From assembly GCF_018350175.1 (NCBI RefSeq), contig NC_058369.1, positions 5,272,001 through 5,336,000 of the forward strand: DNA of 64,000 nt, given 5' to 3'. Positions 11,016-25,010 of the stretch are shown in pieces. The notes under the pieces are model-generated. The model was not told the origin of the DNA, ran no database searches, and saw only the letters and a list, made by a program, of their open reading frames with translations. Each line of letters opens with the position of its first letter. Positions within the stretch are counted from its first letter, which is position 1. Source of the DNA: Felis catus (taxonomy: Eukaryota). The translations under genes and the position numbers were made by a program.

Positions 11016-12898
11016 CTTTTTTTAATTTATTTAAATCCAAGTTAGTCAACATCTAGTGTAGCAATGATTTCAGCAATAGAATTGAGTGACTTCACTTACG
11101 TGTAACACCCAGTGCTCATCCCAACAAGTGTCCTCCTTAATGCCCCTTGCCCATTTAGCCCATCCCCTCACCCAACACTCCTGCCGCAACCCTCCATTCT
11201 CTGTATTTAAGAGTCTTTTACGGTTTGTCTCCCTCCCTGTTTTGATATTACTTTTGCTTCCCTTCCCTTATGTTCATCTGTTTTGTATTTTAACTTCCAC
11301 ATTTGTGATATTTGTCTTTCTCTAATTTCACTTAGCATAATACCCTCTAGTTCCATCCATGTTTTTGCAATTGGCAAAATTTCACTCTTTTCGATTACCA
11401 ACTAGTACTCCATGTGTACCCACACACACACACCACCGCCACTGCCACATCTTCTTTATCCATTCATCACTCAATGGATTTGGGCTCTTTCCATACTTTG
11501 GCTATCTATTGTTGATAGCGCTGCTATAAACATTGGGGTGCATGTGCCCCTTTGAAACAGCATACCTATATCCTATGAATAAATACTTAGTAGTACAATT
11601 GCTGGGTCATAAGGTAGTTCTATTTTTAACTTTTTGAGGAACCTCGACACTGTTTCCCAGAGTGGCTGCACCAGTTTGCATTCCCACCAACAATACAAAA
11701 GGGTTCCTCTTTCTCCGCATTCTCACCAACATCAGTTGTTGCCTGAGTTGTTCACATTAGCCATTCTGACAGGTGTGAGGTGGTGTCTCATTGTGGTTTT
11801 GATTTGTATTTCCCTGATGATGAGTGATGTTGAGCATTTTTTCATGTGTCTGTTGGCCATCTGGATGTCTTCTTTGGAAAAGTGTCTAACCGTGTCTTTT
11901 TCCCATTTCATCCTGGATTGTTTTTTGAGTGTTGAGTTTGATAAGTTGTTTATAAATTTTGAATACTAACCCTTCATCAGATATGTCATTTGTGAATATC
12001 TTCTCCCATTCTATCGGTTGTCTTTTAGTTTTGCTGATTGTTTCCTTCACTGTGCAGAACTTTTTATCTTGATGAAATCCCAATAGTTCATTTTTACTTT
12101 TGTTTCCCTTGCCTCTGGAGTCATGTCAAGTAAGAAGTTGCTGCAACTGAGGTCATAAAAGGTTGCTGCCTGTTTTCCCCTCTAGGATTTTGATGGCTTC
12201 CTGTCTTACGTTTAGGTCTTTCATCCATTTCATTTTTGTGGTATAAGAAAGTGGTCTAGTTTCATTCTTCTGCATGTTGCTGTCCAATTTTCCCAACACC
12301 ATTCGCTGAAGAGACTGTCTTTTTTTCCACTGGATATTCTTTTCTGCTTTGTCACAGATTAGTTGGCCATATGTTTGTGGGTCCATTTCTGGGTTCTCTA
12401 TTCTGTTCCATTGATCTGAGTGTCTGTTTTTGTGCCAGTACCATACTGTCTTCATGATTACAGCTTTGTAATACAGCTTTAAGTCTGGGATTGTGAGGCC
12501 TCCAGCTTTGGTTTGCTTTTTCAGGATTGCTTTGGCTATCCAGTGTCTTTTCTGGTTCCATACAGATTTTAGGATTGTTTGTTCTAGCTCTGTGAAAAAT
12601 GCAGGTGTTATTTTGATAGGGATTGCATTGAATATGTAGATTGCTTTGGGTAGTATCGACATTTTAATGATATTTGTTCTTCCAACCCAGGAGCATGGAA
12701 TATTTTTTCAATTTTTTTGTATCTTCTTCAATTTCTTTCATAAGCTTTCTATAGTTTTCAGCATATAGGTTTTTCACCTCTTTGGTTAGATTTATTCCTA
12801 GGTATTTTATGGTTCTTGGTGCAATGGTAAATGGGATTGATTCCTTGATTTCTCTTTCTGTTCCTTCATTATTAGTGTATAGAAATGCAACCAGTTTT

Positions 12899-13119
12899 GG
12901 GGCGCCTGGGTGGCTCAGTCGGTTAAGCGTCTGACTTCAGCTCAGGTCACGATGTCGCGGTCCATGAGTTTGAGCCCCGCGTCGAGCTCTGTGCTGACAG
13001 CTCAGAGCCTGGAGCCTGCTTCCGATTCTGTGTCTCCCTCTCTCTCTGACCCACCCCCGTTCATGCTCTGTCTCTCTCTGTTTCAAAAATAAGTAAACTT
13101 AAAAAAAATTAAAAAAAAA
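12899..13119 (+). mobile_element. CanSINE inserted in L1
   Basis: 18-bp TSD AGAAATGCAACCAGTTTT at 12881-12898 and 13120-13137. Confidence 0.95.
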
Positions 13120-13794
13120 AGAAATGCAACCAGTTTTTGTACATTGATTTTATATCCTGTAACTTTGCTGAATTCATGGATCAGTTCTAGCAGTTTTCTG
13201 ATGGAGTCCTCGGATTTTCCACACAGCGTATCATGTCGTCTGCGAACAGTGAAAGTTTGACTTCCTCCTTGCTGATTTGTATGCTTTCATTTTTTTGTGT
13301 TGTCTGATTGCTGAAGCTAGGACTTTCAACACTATGTTGAATAACCAGTGAGGAGAATGGACATCCTTGTTGTGTTCCTGACCTTAGGGGGAAAACAGAT
13401 GATATTAGCAAATATTATTCCTGTATCCCAGGCATAAATCCCACTTGATCATGGTGAATAATTCTTTCAATGTATTGTTGGATATGGTTGCTAGTATCTT
13501 GTTGAGGATTTTTGCTTCCATGTTCATCATGGAAATTGGTCTGTAGTTCTCTTTTTTAGTGGGGTCTTTGTCTGGTTTTAGAATCAAGGTAATGCTGGCT
13601 TCATAGAAAGCGTTTAGAAGTTTTCCTCCTATTTCTATTTTTTTGGAACAGCCTCAAAAGAATAGGAGTTAACTCTTCTTTAAATGTTTGATAGAATTCC
13701 CCTGGAAAGCTATCCAGCCCTAGACTCTTGTTTGTTGGGAGATTTTTTAAATTACTGATTCCATTTCTTTGCTGGTTATGGGTCTGTTCAAAAA

Positions 13795-13864
13795 TTTTTA
13801 ATGTTTTTTTTAATGTTTGTTTATTCTTGAGAGAGACAGACAGAGGGTGAGCAGGGGAGGGGCA

Positions 13865-13911
<47 letters not shown>

Positions 13912-14038
13912 TCCAAAGCAGGCTCCAGACTCTGAGCTGTCAGCACAGAGCCCTATGCGGGGCTTGAACTCATGAACTGCAAGATCATGACCTGAGCCGA
14001 AGTCAGAAGCCCAACCGACTGAGCCACCCAGGCACCCC
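13795..14038 (-). mobile_element. CanSINE in L1 with internal (CA)n expansion
   Basis: SINE head at 14038, TSD tctgttcaaa on both sides; (CA)n about 13866-13908 replaces part of the linker. Confidence 0.9.
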
Positions 14039-14674
14039 TCTGTTCAAATTTTTTATTTCTTCCTGTTTCAGTTTTGGTAGTTTATATGTTTCTAGGAATT
14101 TGTCCATTTCTTCCAGATTGCCTAATTTGTTGGCATATAATTGCTCATAACATTCTCTTATTGTTCGTATTTCTGTGGTGTTGGTTGTGATCTCTCCTCT
14201 TTCATTTGTGATTTATTTATTTGGGTCTTTTTCTTTTTGATCATTCTGGCTAGGGGTTTATTAATTTTGTTAATTCCTTCAAGGAACCAGCTCCTGCTCA
14301 TTTATTTGTTCTACTGTTTGGGGTTTTTTTTTTTTTTAATTTCGATAGCATTGATTTCTGCTCTAATCTTTATTATTTCCTGTCTTCTGCTGGTTTTGGG
14401 CTTTATTTGCTGTTCTTTTTCCAGTTCTTTTAGGTGTAAGGTTAGCTTGTGTATCTGAGGCCTTTCTTCCTTGTTTAGGAAGACCTGGATTGCTGTATAC
14501 TTTCCGCTTATGACCGCCTTTGCTGCATCCCAGAGGTTTTGGGCTGTCGTGTTTTCATTTTCATTGGCTTCCATGTACTTTTTAATTTCCTCTTTAGTTT
14601 CTTGGTTAACCCATTCATTCTTTAGTAGGATGCTCTTTAATCTCCATTTATTCATGGTCTTCCCAAATTTTTTC

Positions 14675-17600
14675 CTTTTTTTAATATGAAATTTATTGTC
14701 AAATTGGTTTTCATACAACACCCAGTGCTCATCCCAACAGGTGCCCTCCTCAATGCCCATCACCCACTTTCCCCTCTCCCCTGCCCCACATCAACCCTCA
14801 GTTTGTTCTCAGTTTTTAAAAGTCTCTTATGGTTTGGCTCCTTCCCTCTCTAACCTTTTTTTTTTCCTTCCCCTCCCCCATGGTCTTCTGTTAAGTTTCT
14901 CAGGAAACACATAAGAGTGAAAACATATGGTACCTGTCTTTCTCTGTATGATTTACTTCACTTAGCATAACACTCTCCAGTTCCATCCACATTGCTACAA
15001 AAGCCTTTCATTCTTTCTCATTGCCATGTAGTATTCCATTGTGAATATAAACTACAATTTCTTTATCCATTCATCAGTTGATGGACATTTAGGCTCTTTC
15101 CATCATTTGGCTATTGTTGAAAGTGCTGCTATAAATGTTGGGGTACAAGTGCCCCTATGTATCAGCACTCCTGTGTCCCTTGGGTCAGTTCCTAGCAGTG
15201 CAATTGCTGGGTCATAGGGTAGATCTAGTTTTACTTTTTTGAGGAACCTCCACACTGTTTTCCCAAGTGGCTGTACCAGTTTGCATTCCCACCAATAGTG
15301 CAAGAAAGTTCCCATTTCTCCACATCCTCGCCAGCCTCTATAGTCTCCTGATTTGTTCATTTTAGCCACTCTGACTGGTGTGAGGTGGTATTTCAGAGTG
15401 GTTTTGATTTGTATTTCCCTGATGAGGAGTAACGTTGAGCATCTTTTCATGTGCCTGTTGGCCATCTGGATGTCTTCTTTAGAGAAGTGTCTATTCATGT
15501 TTTCTGCCCATTTCTTCACTGGATTATTTGTTTTTTTGGTGTAGAGTTTGGTGAGTTCTTTACAGATTTTGGATACTAGCCCTTTATCTGATATGTCATT
15601 TGCAAATATCTTTTCCCATTCCATTCGTTGCCTTTTAGTTTTGTTGATTGTTTCCTTTACAGTACAGAAGCTTTTTATGTTCATGAGGTCCCAATAGTTC
15701 ATTTTTGCTTTTAATTCCCTTGCCTTTGGAGATGTGTCAAGTAAGAAATTGCTGCAGCTGAGGCCAGAGAGGTTTTTTTCCTGCTTTCTCCTCTAGGGTT
15801 TTGATGGTTTCCTGTCTCACATTTAGGTCCTTCATCCATTTTGAGTTTATTTTTGTGAATGGTGTAAGAAAGTGGTCTAGTTTCATTCTGCTGCATGTTG
15901 CTGTCCAGTTCTCCCAGCACCATTTGTTCAAGAGACTGTCTTTTTTCCATTGGGTATTCTTTCCTGCTTTGTCAAAGATTAGTTGGCCATACTTTTGTGG
16001 GTTCAATTCTGGAGTCTCTATTCCATTGGTCTATGTGTCTGGTTTTGTGCCAGTACCATGCTGTCTTGATGATTACAGCTTTATAGTAGAGGCTAAAGTC
16101 TGGGATTGTGATGCCTCCCACTTTGGTCTTCTTCAACATTACTTTGGCTCTTCGGGGTCTTTTGTGGTTCCATACAAATTTTAGGATTGCTTGTTCCAGC
16201 TTCAAGAAGAATGCTGGTGCAATTTTGATTGGGATTGCATTGACTGTGTAGATAGCTTTGGGTAGTTGTGACATTTTAGCAATATTTATTCTCTGAATCC
16301 ATGAGCATGGAACGTTTTTCCATTTCTTTGTAACTTCTTCAATTTCCTTCATAAGCTTTCTATAGTTTTCAGCATACAGATCTTTCACATCTCTGATTAG
16401 GTTTATTCCTAGGTATTTTATGATTCTTGGTGGAATTGCAAATGGGATAAGTTTCTTTATTTGTCTTTCTGTTGCTTCATTGTTAGTGTATAAGAATGCA
16501 ACTGATTTCTGTACATTGATTTTGTATGCTGCAACTTTGCTGAATTCATGTATCAGTTCTAGCAGACTTGGTGGAGTCTATCGGATTTTCCATGTATAAT
16601 ATCATGTCATCTGCAAAAAGCGAAAGCTTGACTTCATCTTTGCCAATTTTGATGCCTTTGATTTCCTTTTGTTGTCTGATTGCTGGTGCTAGAACTACCA
16701 ACACTATGTTAAACAACAGTGGTGAGAGTGGACATCCCTGTCGTGTTCCTGATCTCGGGGAAATCTCTCAGTTTTTCCCCATTGAGGATGATATTAGCTG
16801 TGGGCTTTTCATAAATGGCCTTTATTTTTAAGTATGTTCCTTCTATCCTGACTTTCTCAAGGGTTTTTATTAAGAAAGGATGCTGAATTTTGTCAAATGC
16901 TTTTTCTGCATCGATTGAGAGGATCATATGGTTCTTATCTTTTCTTTTATTAATGTGATGTATCACATTAATTGATTTGCGAATGTTGAACCAGCCCTGC
17001 ATCCCAGGAATGAATCCCACTTGATCGTGGTGAATAATTCTTTTTATATGCTGTTGAATTCGATTTGCTAGTATCTTGTTGAGAATTTTTGCATCCATAT
17101 TCATCAGGGATATTGGCCTGTAGTTCTCTTTTTTTGCTGGGTCTCTGTCTGGTTTGGGAATCAAAGTAATGCTGGCTTCATAGAATGAGTCTGGAAGTTT
17201 TCCTTTCCTTTCTATTTTTTGGAACAGCTTGAGAAGGATAGGTATTATCTCTGCTTTAAATGTCTGGTAGAATTACCCAGGGAAGCCATCTCGTCCTGGA
17301 CTCTTATTTGTTGGGAGATTTTTTGGTAACTGATTCAATTTCTTCTCTGGTTATGGGTCTGTTCAAGTTTTCTATTTCTTCTTGTTTGAGTTTTGGAAGT
17401 GTGTGGGTGCTTAGGAATTTGTCCATTTCTTTCAGGTTGTCCAGTGTGTTGGCATATAATTTTTCATAGTATTCCCTGGTAATTGCTTGTATTTCTGAAG
17501 GATTGGTTGTAATAATTCCATTTTCATTCATGATTTTATCTATTTGGGTCATCTCCCTTTTCCTTTTTAGAAGCCAGGCTAGAAGTTTATCAATTTTGTT

Positions 17601-20588
17601 TATTTTTTCAAAAAACCAACTTTTGGTTTCATTGATCTGCTCTACAGTTTTTTTAGATTCTATATTGTTTATTTCTGCTCTGATATTTATTATTTCTCTT
17701 CTTCTGGGTTTGGGGCATCTTTGCTGTTCTGGTTTTATTTCCTTTAGGTGTGCTGTTAGATTTTGTATTTGGGATTTTTCTTGTTTCTTGAGATAGGCCT
17801 GGATTGCAATGTATTTTCCTCTCAGGACTGCGTTCGCTGCATCCCAAAGCATTTGGATTGTTGTATTTTCATTTTTATTTGTTTCCATATATTTTTTTAT
17901 TTCTTCTCTAATTGCCTGGTTGACCCATTCATTCTTTAGTAGGCTGTTCTTTAACCTCCATGCTTTTGAAGGTTTTCCAGACTTCTTCCTGTGGTTGATT
18001 TCAAGTTTCATAGCATTGTGGTCTGAAAGTGTGCATGGTATGATCTCAATTCTTTTATACTTATTAAGGTCTGTTTTGTGACCCAGTATGTGATCTATCC
18101 TGGAGAATGTTCCATGTGTACCTGAGAAGAAAGTATATTGTGTTGCTTTGGGATGCAGAGTTCTAAATATATCTGTCAAGTCCATCTGATCCAATGTATC
18201 ATTCAGGGCCCTTGTTTCTTTATTGGTCTTGTGTCTAGATGATCTATCCATTGTTGTAAGTGGGGTATTAAAGTCCCCTGCAATTATCACATTCTTATCA
18301 ATAAGGTTGCTTATGTTTGTGATTGTTTTATATATTTGGGGGCTGCCATATTCGGTGCATAGACATTTATAATTGTTAGCTCTTCCTGATGGATAGATCC
18401 TGTAATTATTATATAATTCCCTTCTTCATCTCTTGTTACAGCCTTTAATTTAAAGTCTAGTTTGTCTGATATAAGTATGGCTACTCCAGCTCTCTTTTGA
18501 CTTCCAGTAGCGTGATAGATAGTTCTCCATCCCCTCACTCTCAATCTGAAGGTGTCCTCAGGTCTAAAATGAATCTCTTATAGACAGCAAATAGATGGGT
18601 CTTGTTTTTTTTATCAATTCTGTTACCTTATGTCTTTTGGTTGGAGCATTTAGTCCATTTACATTCAGTGTTATTATTGACAGATATGGGTTTAGAGTCA
18701 TTGTGATGTCTGTACGTTTCATGCTAGTAGTGATGTCTCTGGTACGTTGTGGTCTTTGCAACATTTCACTCACAGAGTCCCCCTTAGGATCTCTTATAGG
18801 GCTGGTTTAGTGGTGATGAATTCCTTCAGTTTTTGTTTGTTTGGGAAGACCTTTATCTGTCCTTTATTCTGAATGACAGGCTTGCTGGATAAAGGATTCT
18901 TGGCTGCATATTTTTCCTGTTCATCACATTGAAGATTTCCTGCCATTCCTTTCTGGCCTGCCAAGTTTCAGTAGATAGGTATGCCACTAGTCTTATGGGT
19001 CTCCCTTTGTAAGTTAGAGCCTGTTTATCCCTAGCTGCTTTCAGAATTTTCTCTTTATCCTTTTATTTTGCCAGTTCACTATGATATGTCGTGCAGATGA
19101 TCGATTCAAGTTACGTCTGAAGGGAGTTCCCTGTGCCTCTTGGATTTTAATGCCTGTTTCCTTCCCCAAATCAGGGAAGTTCTCCGCTATGATTTGTTCA
19201 AGTACACCTTCGGCCCCTTTCTCTCTCTCTCCCTCTTCTGGAACTCCTATTATACAGATATTGTTCCGTTTGATTGCATCACTTAGTTCTCTAATTCTCC
19301 CCTCATACTCCTGGATTTTTTTTTACCTCTTTTTCTCCGCTTCCTCTTTTTCCATAATTTTATCTTCTAATTCACCTATTCTCTCCTCTGCCTCTTCAAT
19401 CCGTGCTATGGCTGCCTCCATTTTATTTTGCACCTCATTTATAGCATTTTTTAGTTCCTCGTGACTATTTCTTATCCCTTGATCTCTATAGCAATAGATT
19501 CTCTGCTGTCCTCTATCCTTTTTTCAAGCCCAGCGATTAGTTTTATGACTATTATTCTAAATTCTTGTTCCGTTATATTGCTTAAATTGTTTTTGATCAA
19601 TTTGTTAGCTGTCGCTACTTCCTGGAGTTTCTTTTGAGAATTCTTCTGTTTCATCATGGTGGATAGTCCCTGGAGTGGCACGGAACTGCAGGGCACTTCC
19701 CCTGTGCTGTCTGGAGTAACTTGTGTTGTGGGTGGGGCCACAGTCAGACCCGATGTCTGCCCCCAGCCCACCACTGGGGCCACAGTCAGACTGGTGTGTA
19801 CCTTATCTTCCCCTCTCCCAGGGGCAGGACTCACTGTGGAATGGTGTGGCCTCTGTCTGGGCTACTTGCACACTGCCAGGCTTGTGGTGCTGCTTCGATG
19901 GGATCTGGCATATTAGCCAGGGTGGATCCGCAAGGTGCAGAGGCAGGAAGGGCAGACTTAGCTCGCTTTGCCATGGGTGATCCCCTGCAGGAGGGGCCAT
20001 GCAGCACCAGGAGGGAGGCCAATCCATTGGAGTGATGGATCCACAGAAGCACAGCATTGGGCATTTGCTCAGTGCAAGCAAATTCGGTGATGGGAATTGG
20101 TTCCCTTTGGAATTTCGGCTGGTGGATGGGAGAGGGAGATGGTGCTTGCCAGTGCCTTTGTTCCCTGCCAAGCTGAGCTCTGTCTTCTAGGGCTCAACAA
20201 CCCTCCCTCCCAGTGTCCTCTCGCCCTCCCTGCTCTCCGAGAGCAGAGCTGTTGACTTTTAAGATTCCAGACGTTAAGTCCCACTGGCTGTCAGAACTCA
20301 CGGAGTCCAGCCCCTCCACTTTTGCAAGCCAGACTTGGGGGCTATTCCTTGCCCAGTGGGCTGCCCCTCCATGGCCCCAGCTCCCTCCTGCCAGTCCGTG
20401 TAGCACGCCCTGCCTCTCCACCCTTCCTACCCTCTTCTGCGGGCCTCTTGTCTATGCTTGGCTCCATAGAGTCCATTCTGCTAGTCTTCTGGTGGTTTTC
20501 TGGGTTATTCAGGCAGGTGTGGGTGGAATCTAAGCGATCAGCAGGACAAGGTGAGCCCAGAGTCCTCCTACACTGCCATCTTCTATCC
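14675..20588 (-). mobile_element. Full-length felid L1 (5' UTR, ORF1, ORF2, 3' UTR), ORFs disrupted
   Basis: Perfect 14-bp TSD TCCCAAATTTTTTC (14661-14674, 20589-20602); 5' end GGATAGAAGATGGC; ORF1 start MMKQKNSQ at about 19657; EN (LNVNGLN, GDFNTPL, SDHN), RT and C-terminal fragments in several frames. Confidence 0.95.
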
Positions 20589-22050
20589 TCCCAAATTTTT
20601 TCTTGTGGTTGATTTCAAGTTTCATAGTGTTGTCGTCTGAAGATATGAAAGATGTTATCTCTATTTTTTGTATTTGTTGAGGGCTGATTTGTCCCAGTAT
20701 GTGGTCTATTCTGGAGAATGTTCCATGTGCACTCGAGAAGAATGTGTATTCTGTTGCTTTAGGGTGAAATGTTTTGAATATATCTGTTAAGTCCATCAGT
20801 CCAGTGTGTCACTCAAAGCCATTGTTTCTTGGTTGATTTTCTGCTTAGATGACCTGTCCATTGCTGTAGGTGGGGTGTTGAAGTCCCCTACTATTATGGT
20901 ATTATTATCAATGAGTTTCTTTATGATTAATTGATTTATATATTGGGGTGTTTTCACATTGAGGGCATAAATATTTACAATTGATAGATATTCTTGGTGG
21001 ATAGTCCCCTTAATTATAATATAATATCCTTCTTCATCTCTTGTTAAAGTCTTTATTTTAAAGTCTAGATTGTCTGATATAAGTATGGCTACTCCAGCTT
21101 TCTTTTGATCACCATTAGTATACTAGATGGTTCTCCATCCCGTTTGTTTCAATCTGCATGTTTTTAGGTCTAAAATGGGTCTCTTATAAGCAGTATATAG
21201 ATGAGTCTTATTTTCTTATCCATTCTGATACCATATGTCTTTTGATTGGAGCGTTTAGTCCATTGACATTGAGAGCGAGTACTGAAAGATATGAATTTAG
21301 TGCCATTGTGTTGCCTATAGAGTTGGTGTTTCTGGAGATGTTCTCTGGTCCTTTATAGTCTTTGTTGCTTTTGGTCTTTCTTGTTTTGTCTTTTCTCACT
21401 CAGAGTCCCCCTTATAATTTCTTGCAGGGCTGGTTTAGTGGTCATGAACTCCTTAGTTTTTGTTTGTCTAGGAAATCCTTTAACTCTCCTTCTGTTTTGA
21501 ATGACAGGCTTTCTGTGTAAAGAATTCTTGGCTGCATATTTTTCTGATTCAGCACATTGAATATATCCTGCCAATCCTTTATGGCATAGGAGATTCTTAT
21601 GTATATTTAAGTCTGAGAAACACTGTCCTACTCAAAGCATGGTCCTTGTGCCAGCAGCACAAGCATGGACTGCACTTGTTAGAGATTCAGTATTGCAGCC
21701 TTCACTCTAGACCTACTGAATCAAACCTGCATTGTAACAAGACTCTCAGTAGTTATGAATATTCATTCACACTTGGGAGGCACTGCCTCAAGCATAAAGA
21801 CATTTAATGATCTCGCATGACAAGGAGTCCAAGTGTGAACAATTGAAGTCTGGTGAAGCATCCTGATGAGGTCATCAAAGACACAATCTCCATGCCTTTT
21901 CCATTACATTAAAATGTTCATTACAAGCAGCTGGAGAATATCCTGGCAACTAGTCTACATTCAAAGAGTAAAGAAGGAGCTACTGCAGTAGCCATTTTAC
22001 TGGTTCCTCAACATCTGCTCTCATGTCTCTTATCAATGTGGCATCCAGCT

Positions 22051-22160
22051 GGGGTGACCAGCTGTCCCATTTTTCCCAGGACTGAAGAGTTTCCCCAGAT
22101 GTGGGGAGTTTGGTGCTAAAATTGGGACAGCGCAAGGAAAACTGGGATGGTTGGTCACCT
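22051..22160. mobile_element. MER81-like hAT MITE (palindromic, about 110 bp)
   Basis: TIRs ggggtgaccagctgtccca / tgggatggttggtcacc. Confidence 0.65.
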
Positions 22161-22169
22161 GAACTCGCT

Positions 22170-22770
22170 TCAATACAGAAGTCAGATCAGGTTACTCCTC
22201 TTTTCAAAATCTGAGTTCCTATAATCAAAATCCAGAGTGGTCATGGAGCATCTCCACGAATCAGGCACTTGACCACCCTTACTTCTGGGAGTCAGCATCC
22301 TACTATTTTCCTCCTAGTTTCCTTGTAGTTCTCTTTCCAGCTGAACTGCTCTCCTCACTCCTTCTCAAACAGAACAGACTCACTCCTGACTCAGGAATGG
22401 CAGAGGACTTTCTGTTCCCTCCCAGAATATTCTAATGTCTTCTAATTCTAATTCAGAATATCCCTAATGTCTTCATGATTCATGTGCATTGCAAGTCTCT
22501 CTCCAAACACCACCTTCACAATGAAGCTGTCCCTGATCATTTGATGGTTAATGGTCCCAGATTTCTCTATCACATTTCCTTACTCGACAGTACTCAGCAC
22601 TGCTAAACATACATTTTGCTTATTTGCTTTACTTCTTCTGTTACTCTACCAGAGTGTCCATGCCATGAGGACAGGGCTTTTGTTTGTTTGTTTGTTTCAT
22701 TCACTGCTGTATACTCAGTGCTTACAATAGTATCTAGCACATGGTACGTGCTCAATAAATATTCTTGTGT
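22170..22770 (+). mobile_element. L2 3' region
   Basis: Ends ccatgaggacaggg...gtgctcaataaatattcttg. Confidence 0.65.
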
Positions 22771-23193
22771 ATGATGAACTTGCTGATTGGTCCATCCTGT
22801 TCCTGGTTTAGTTCTTACACTTTCTGCTACCATCTGTCTTGATCATCATTTCTCATCCCCATGCCTCCTTTTATTTATGTTATATTTATGCTCACACACA
22901 GATATTTACCTGATAGAAAAGACAGAAATCTTGTTGATGGCTACATTTAGAATACAACATTGCTAGTGTGTCAGCTTTCTTCCATGATACCTGTCCCTTT
23001 GGCACAGAAAGTGCACCCCACATGCCATATAACTTTATCCCCACTGGCCATTGCCAATTGCAATAGTGTGGCCACCCAGGAGGGGTCAAGTCATTGACTT
23101 TTTGTCTAACCAATCAGATGTCCTCTCTTAAACATTTGAACAAGGAGACCAGAATGGACCTGGTGGGTGTTCAAAAAACAATATTATTCTAAC

Positions 23194-23694
23194 TATTAAA
23201 GAGAAAGTCATTTAAAGACACTTGTTAGAGAACAGTAAGGCAGACTTTTTTCAAGAGGGGGAACTTTGCGATGGGTGTAGGGACCAGTGCAATAGGGTCT
23301 TGTAGTGGGGAAGGAGATTGGACTCAGTTCTGATTCCATCAGAGATAAGTAGAGATTTATATACAAGGATCAGGGTCAGGGAATGGAAAATTACCAAGAG
23401 GAAACATCAGGGGTCAGAGGCATTCTTACCCAGGGCAAGTGAGTATAGTAAGATAAAGAGGGTGTTCAGACACCAAGGGGGGGGGGATGTCTGCTGAATT
23501 GATTTAGGACACTTGTCCAAACTGGATTCTATAAGGGCAGAGAGGAAAGCCCGGGTTGAACCTAGTCTAGCTGAGGTCTGGAAGACGGTCTCTGAAGTCC
23601 CATTGAGTTGGCCATCAGGGACCCTGTTCACCATCTGGAGAAAGTTAGTCTTCAGAGTGAAGACGACTGAACCAAGTTGTAGGGAAAAGGAACA
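23194..23694 (-). mobile_element. Solo LTR-like element, family uncertain
   Basis: ERV LTR-like composition (ggagattggactcagttctga, ggacacttgtccaaactggattc); termini and TSD not clean. Confidence 0.45.
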
Positions 23695-24384
23695 GTAAAC
23701 ATATGACTCTATAGCACAGCAGTTAATGGCTGGAGCTGACGGTCAGAGGTACCCAAGTGGGAATTCCATTTTCAACATACCCTGGTGAAAGTCGCTCAAC
23801 CCTCCTGACCCCTCTCTCCCCCCTCTCCTGCCACAATGTATGAAATCTCTAAGTTCTCAGTGCTCCTCTTGGAATAGCACAGTATTCCCTCAATATTGAT
23901 GTCAACTCCAGATTTCACTACCTAGGACATAGACAAGATGTTTAATTTAGCTTACTTACTAGAAAAATCATCCACTCTTCAGCAAGAAGTGGAGGGTGGC
24001 AGCAGGTATCTCTAATGGGGATCTGGGCTACCCGGCGGGTGAGATCAGAGGGAAGTTCTAAGAAGTGAGCCCTTTGAGGGTAAGGAACTAGGAAATAGGA
24101 CAAGTCTTATTTGTATGTCTGCTTGCAACAGTCAGGGTCAGGGTCAGGGTTAGGGAGAGGATAAGAAAACCCATTTCAATGTAATTTCTGCATGGAAAAA
24201 ATACCATGAAAAGCAGGAAGAAAAGTCACTTCTCTACTTCACAGATCATATCCTAAAAGTCTGAATTATAGAACTGAAATGCTCCTATTTTACTATTATT
24301 TGTTAACTCATTCTCGCATTTACTTACACTAAATTTCACACATTAATATTTTATATCTAGTTCTGTGGTTTTGATTCAGTTCAT

Positions 24385-24859
24385 TTTTTTTTCTCTCCCT
24401 GCCGAGCTTTACTGAGGTATGGTCAACAAATAAAATTGTATATAATGAAAATGTACCACGTGATGTTTTGATATACATTGACACTGGGAAACAATCACCA
24501 CAGTCAAGCTAATTAACGCACCCATCCCCTCACATGGTTACCATTTTTTGTTTTTGACGAGGACACGGATGATGCCCTGCCAGTATTGTTAGCGCTAGTC
24601 TCCATGCCCCCAGAATTCATTCATCTTGCACAACTGAAACTTTACATGCTTTGACCAGTATCTCCCCATTTCTCCCTGCCCCCAGCTCCTGGACCTGTCC
24701 TACCCTCTGCTGTTAGGTACTTGACTTTCTTAGATTCCACATATAAGTGAGATCATGCCATATGTGTCCTTCTGTGACTGGCTTATTTTACTTAGTATAA
24801 CATCCTCCAGATTGATTTGTGTTGTTGCAAAGGACAACATTTCCTTCTCTTTTCAGGCT

Positions 24860-24913
<54 letters not shown>

Positions 24914-25010
24914 GCACATCTTCTGTATCCACTCATCCCTTGATAGACCTCAGGTTGTTTCCATATCTTGGCTATTGTAAATAATGCTGCAATGCACATA
25001 GGAGTGCAGG
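24385..25010 (-). mobile_element. L1MA-type 3' end with (GT)n microsatellite (about 24863-24910)
   Basis: gattccacatataagtgagatcatg...gctattgtaaataatgctgcaatg. Confidence 0.75.

Larger units (their letters stand above)
11017..21587 (-). mobile_element. 5'-truncated carnivore L1 (3' UTR to ORF1), host to a full-length L1 and two SINEs
   Basis: Collinear ORF2 pieces 11.2-14.66 kb continue at 20589-21587 (EN domain, ORF1 end); outer TSD agg(g/a)gattctt at 10532 and 21588; internal RT deletion near 13400. Confidence 0.88.

Noticed and set aside
14675..20588. Possibly active L1
   Set aside because: ORF1 and ORF2 are broken across frames; longest piece is 328 aa.
19656..20612. Cluster of overlapping ORFs
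   Set aside because: GC-rich L1 5' UTR; no recognisable protein motif.
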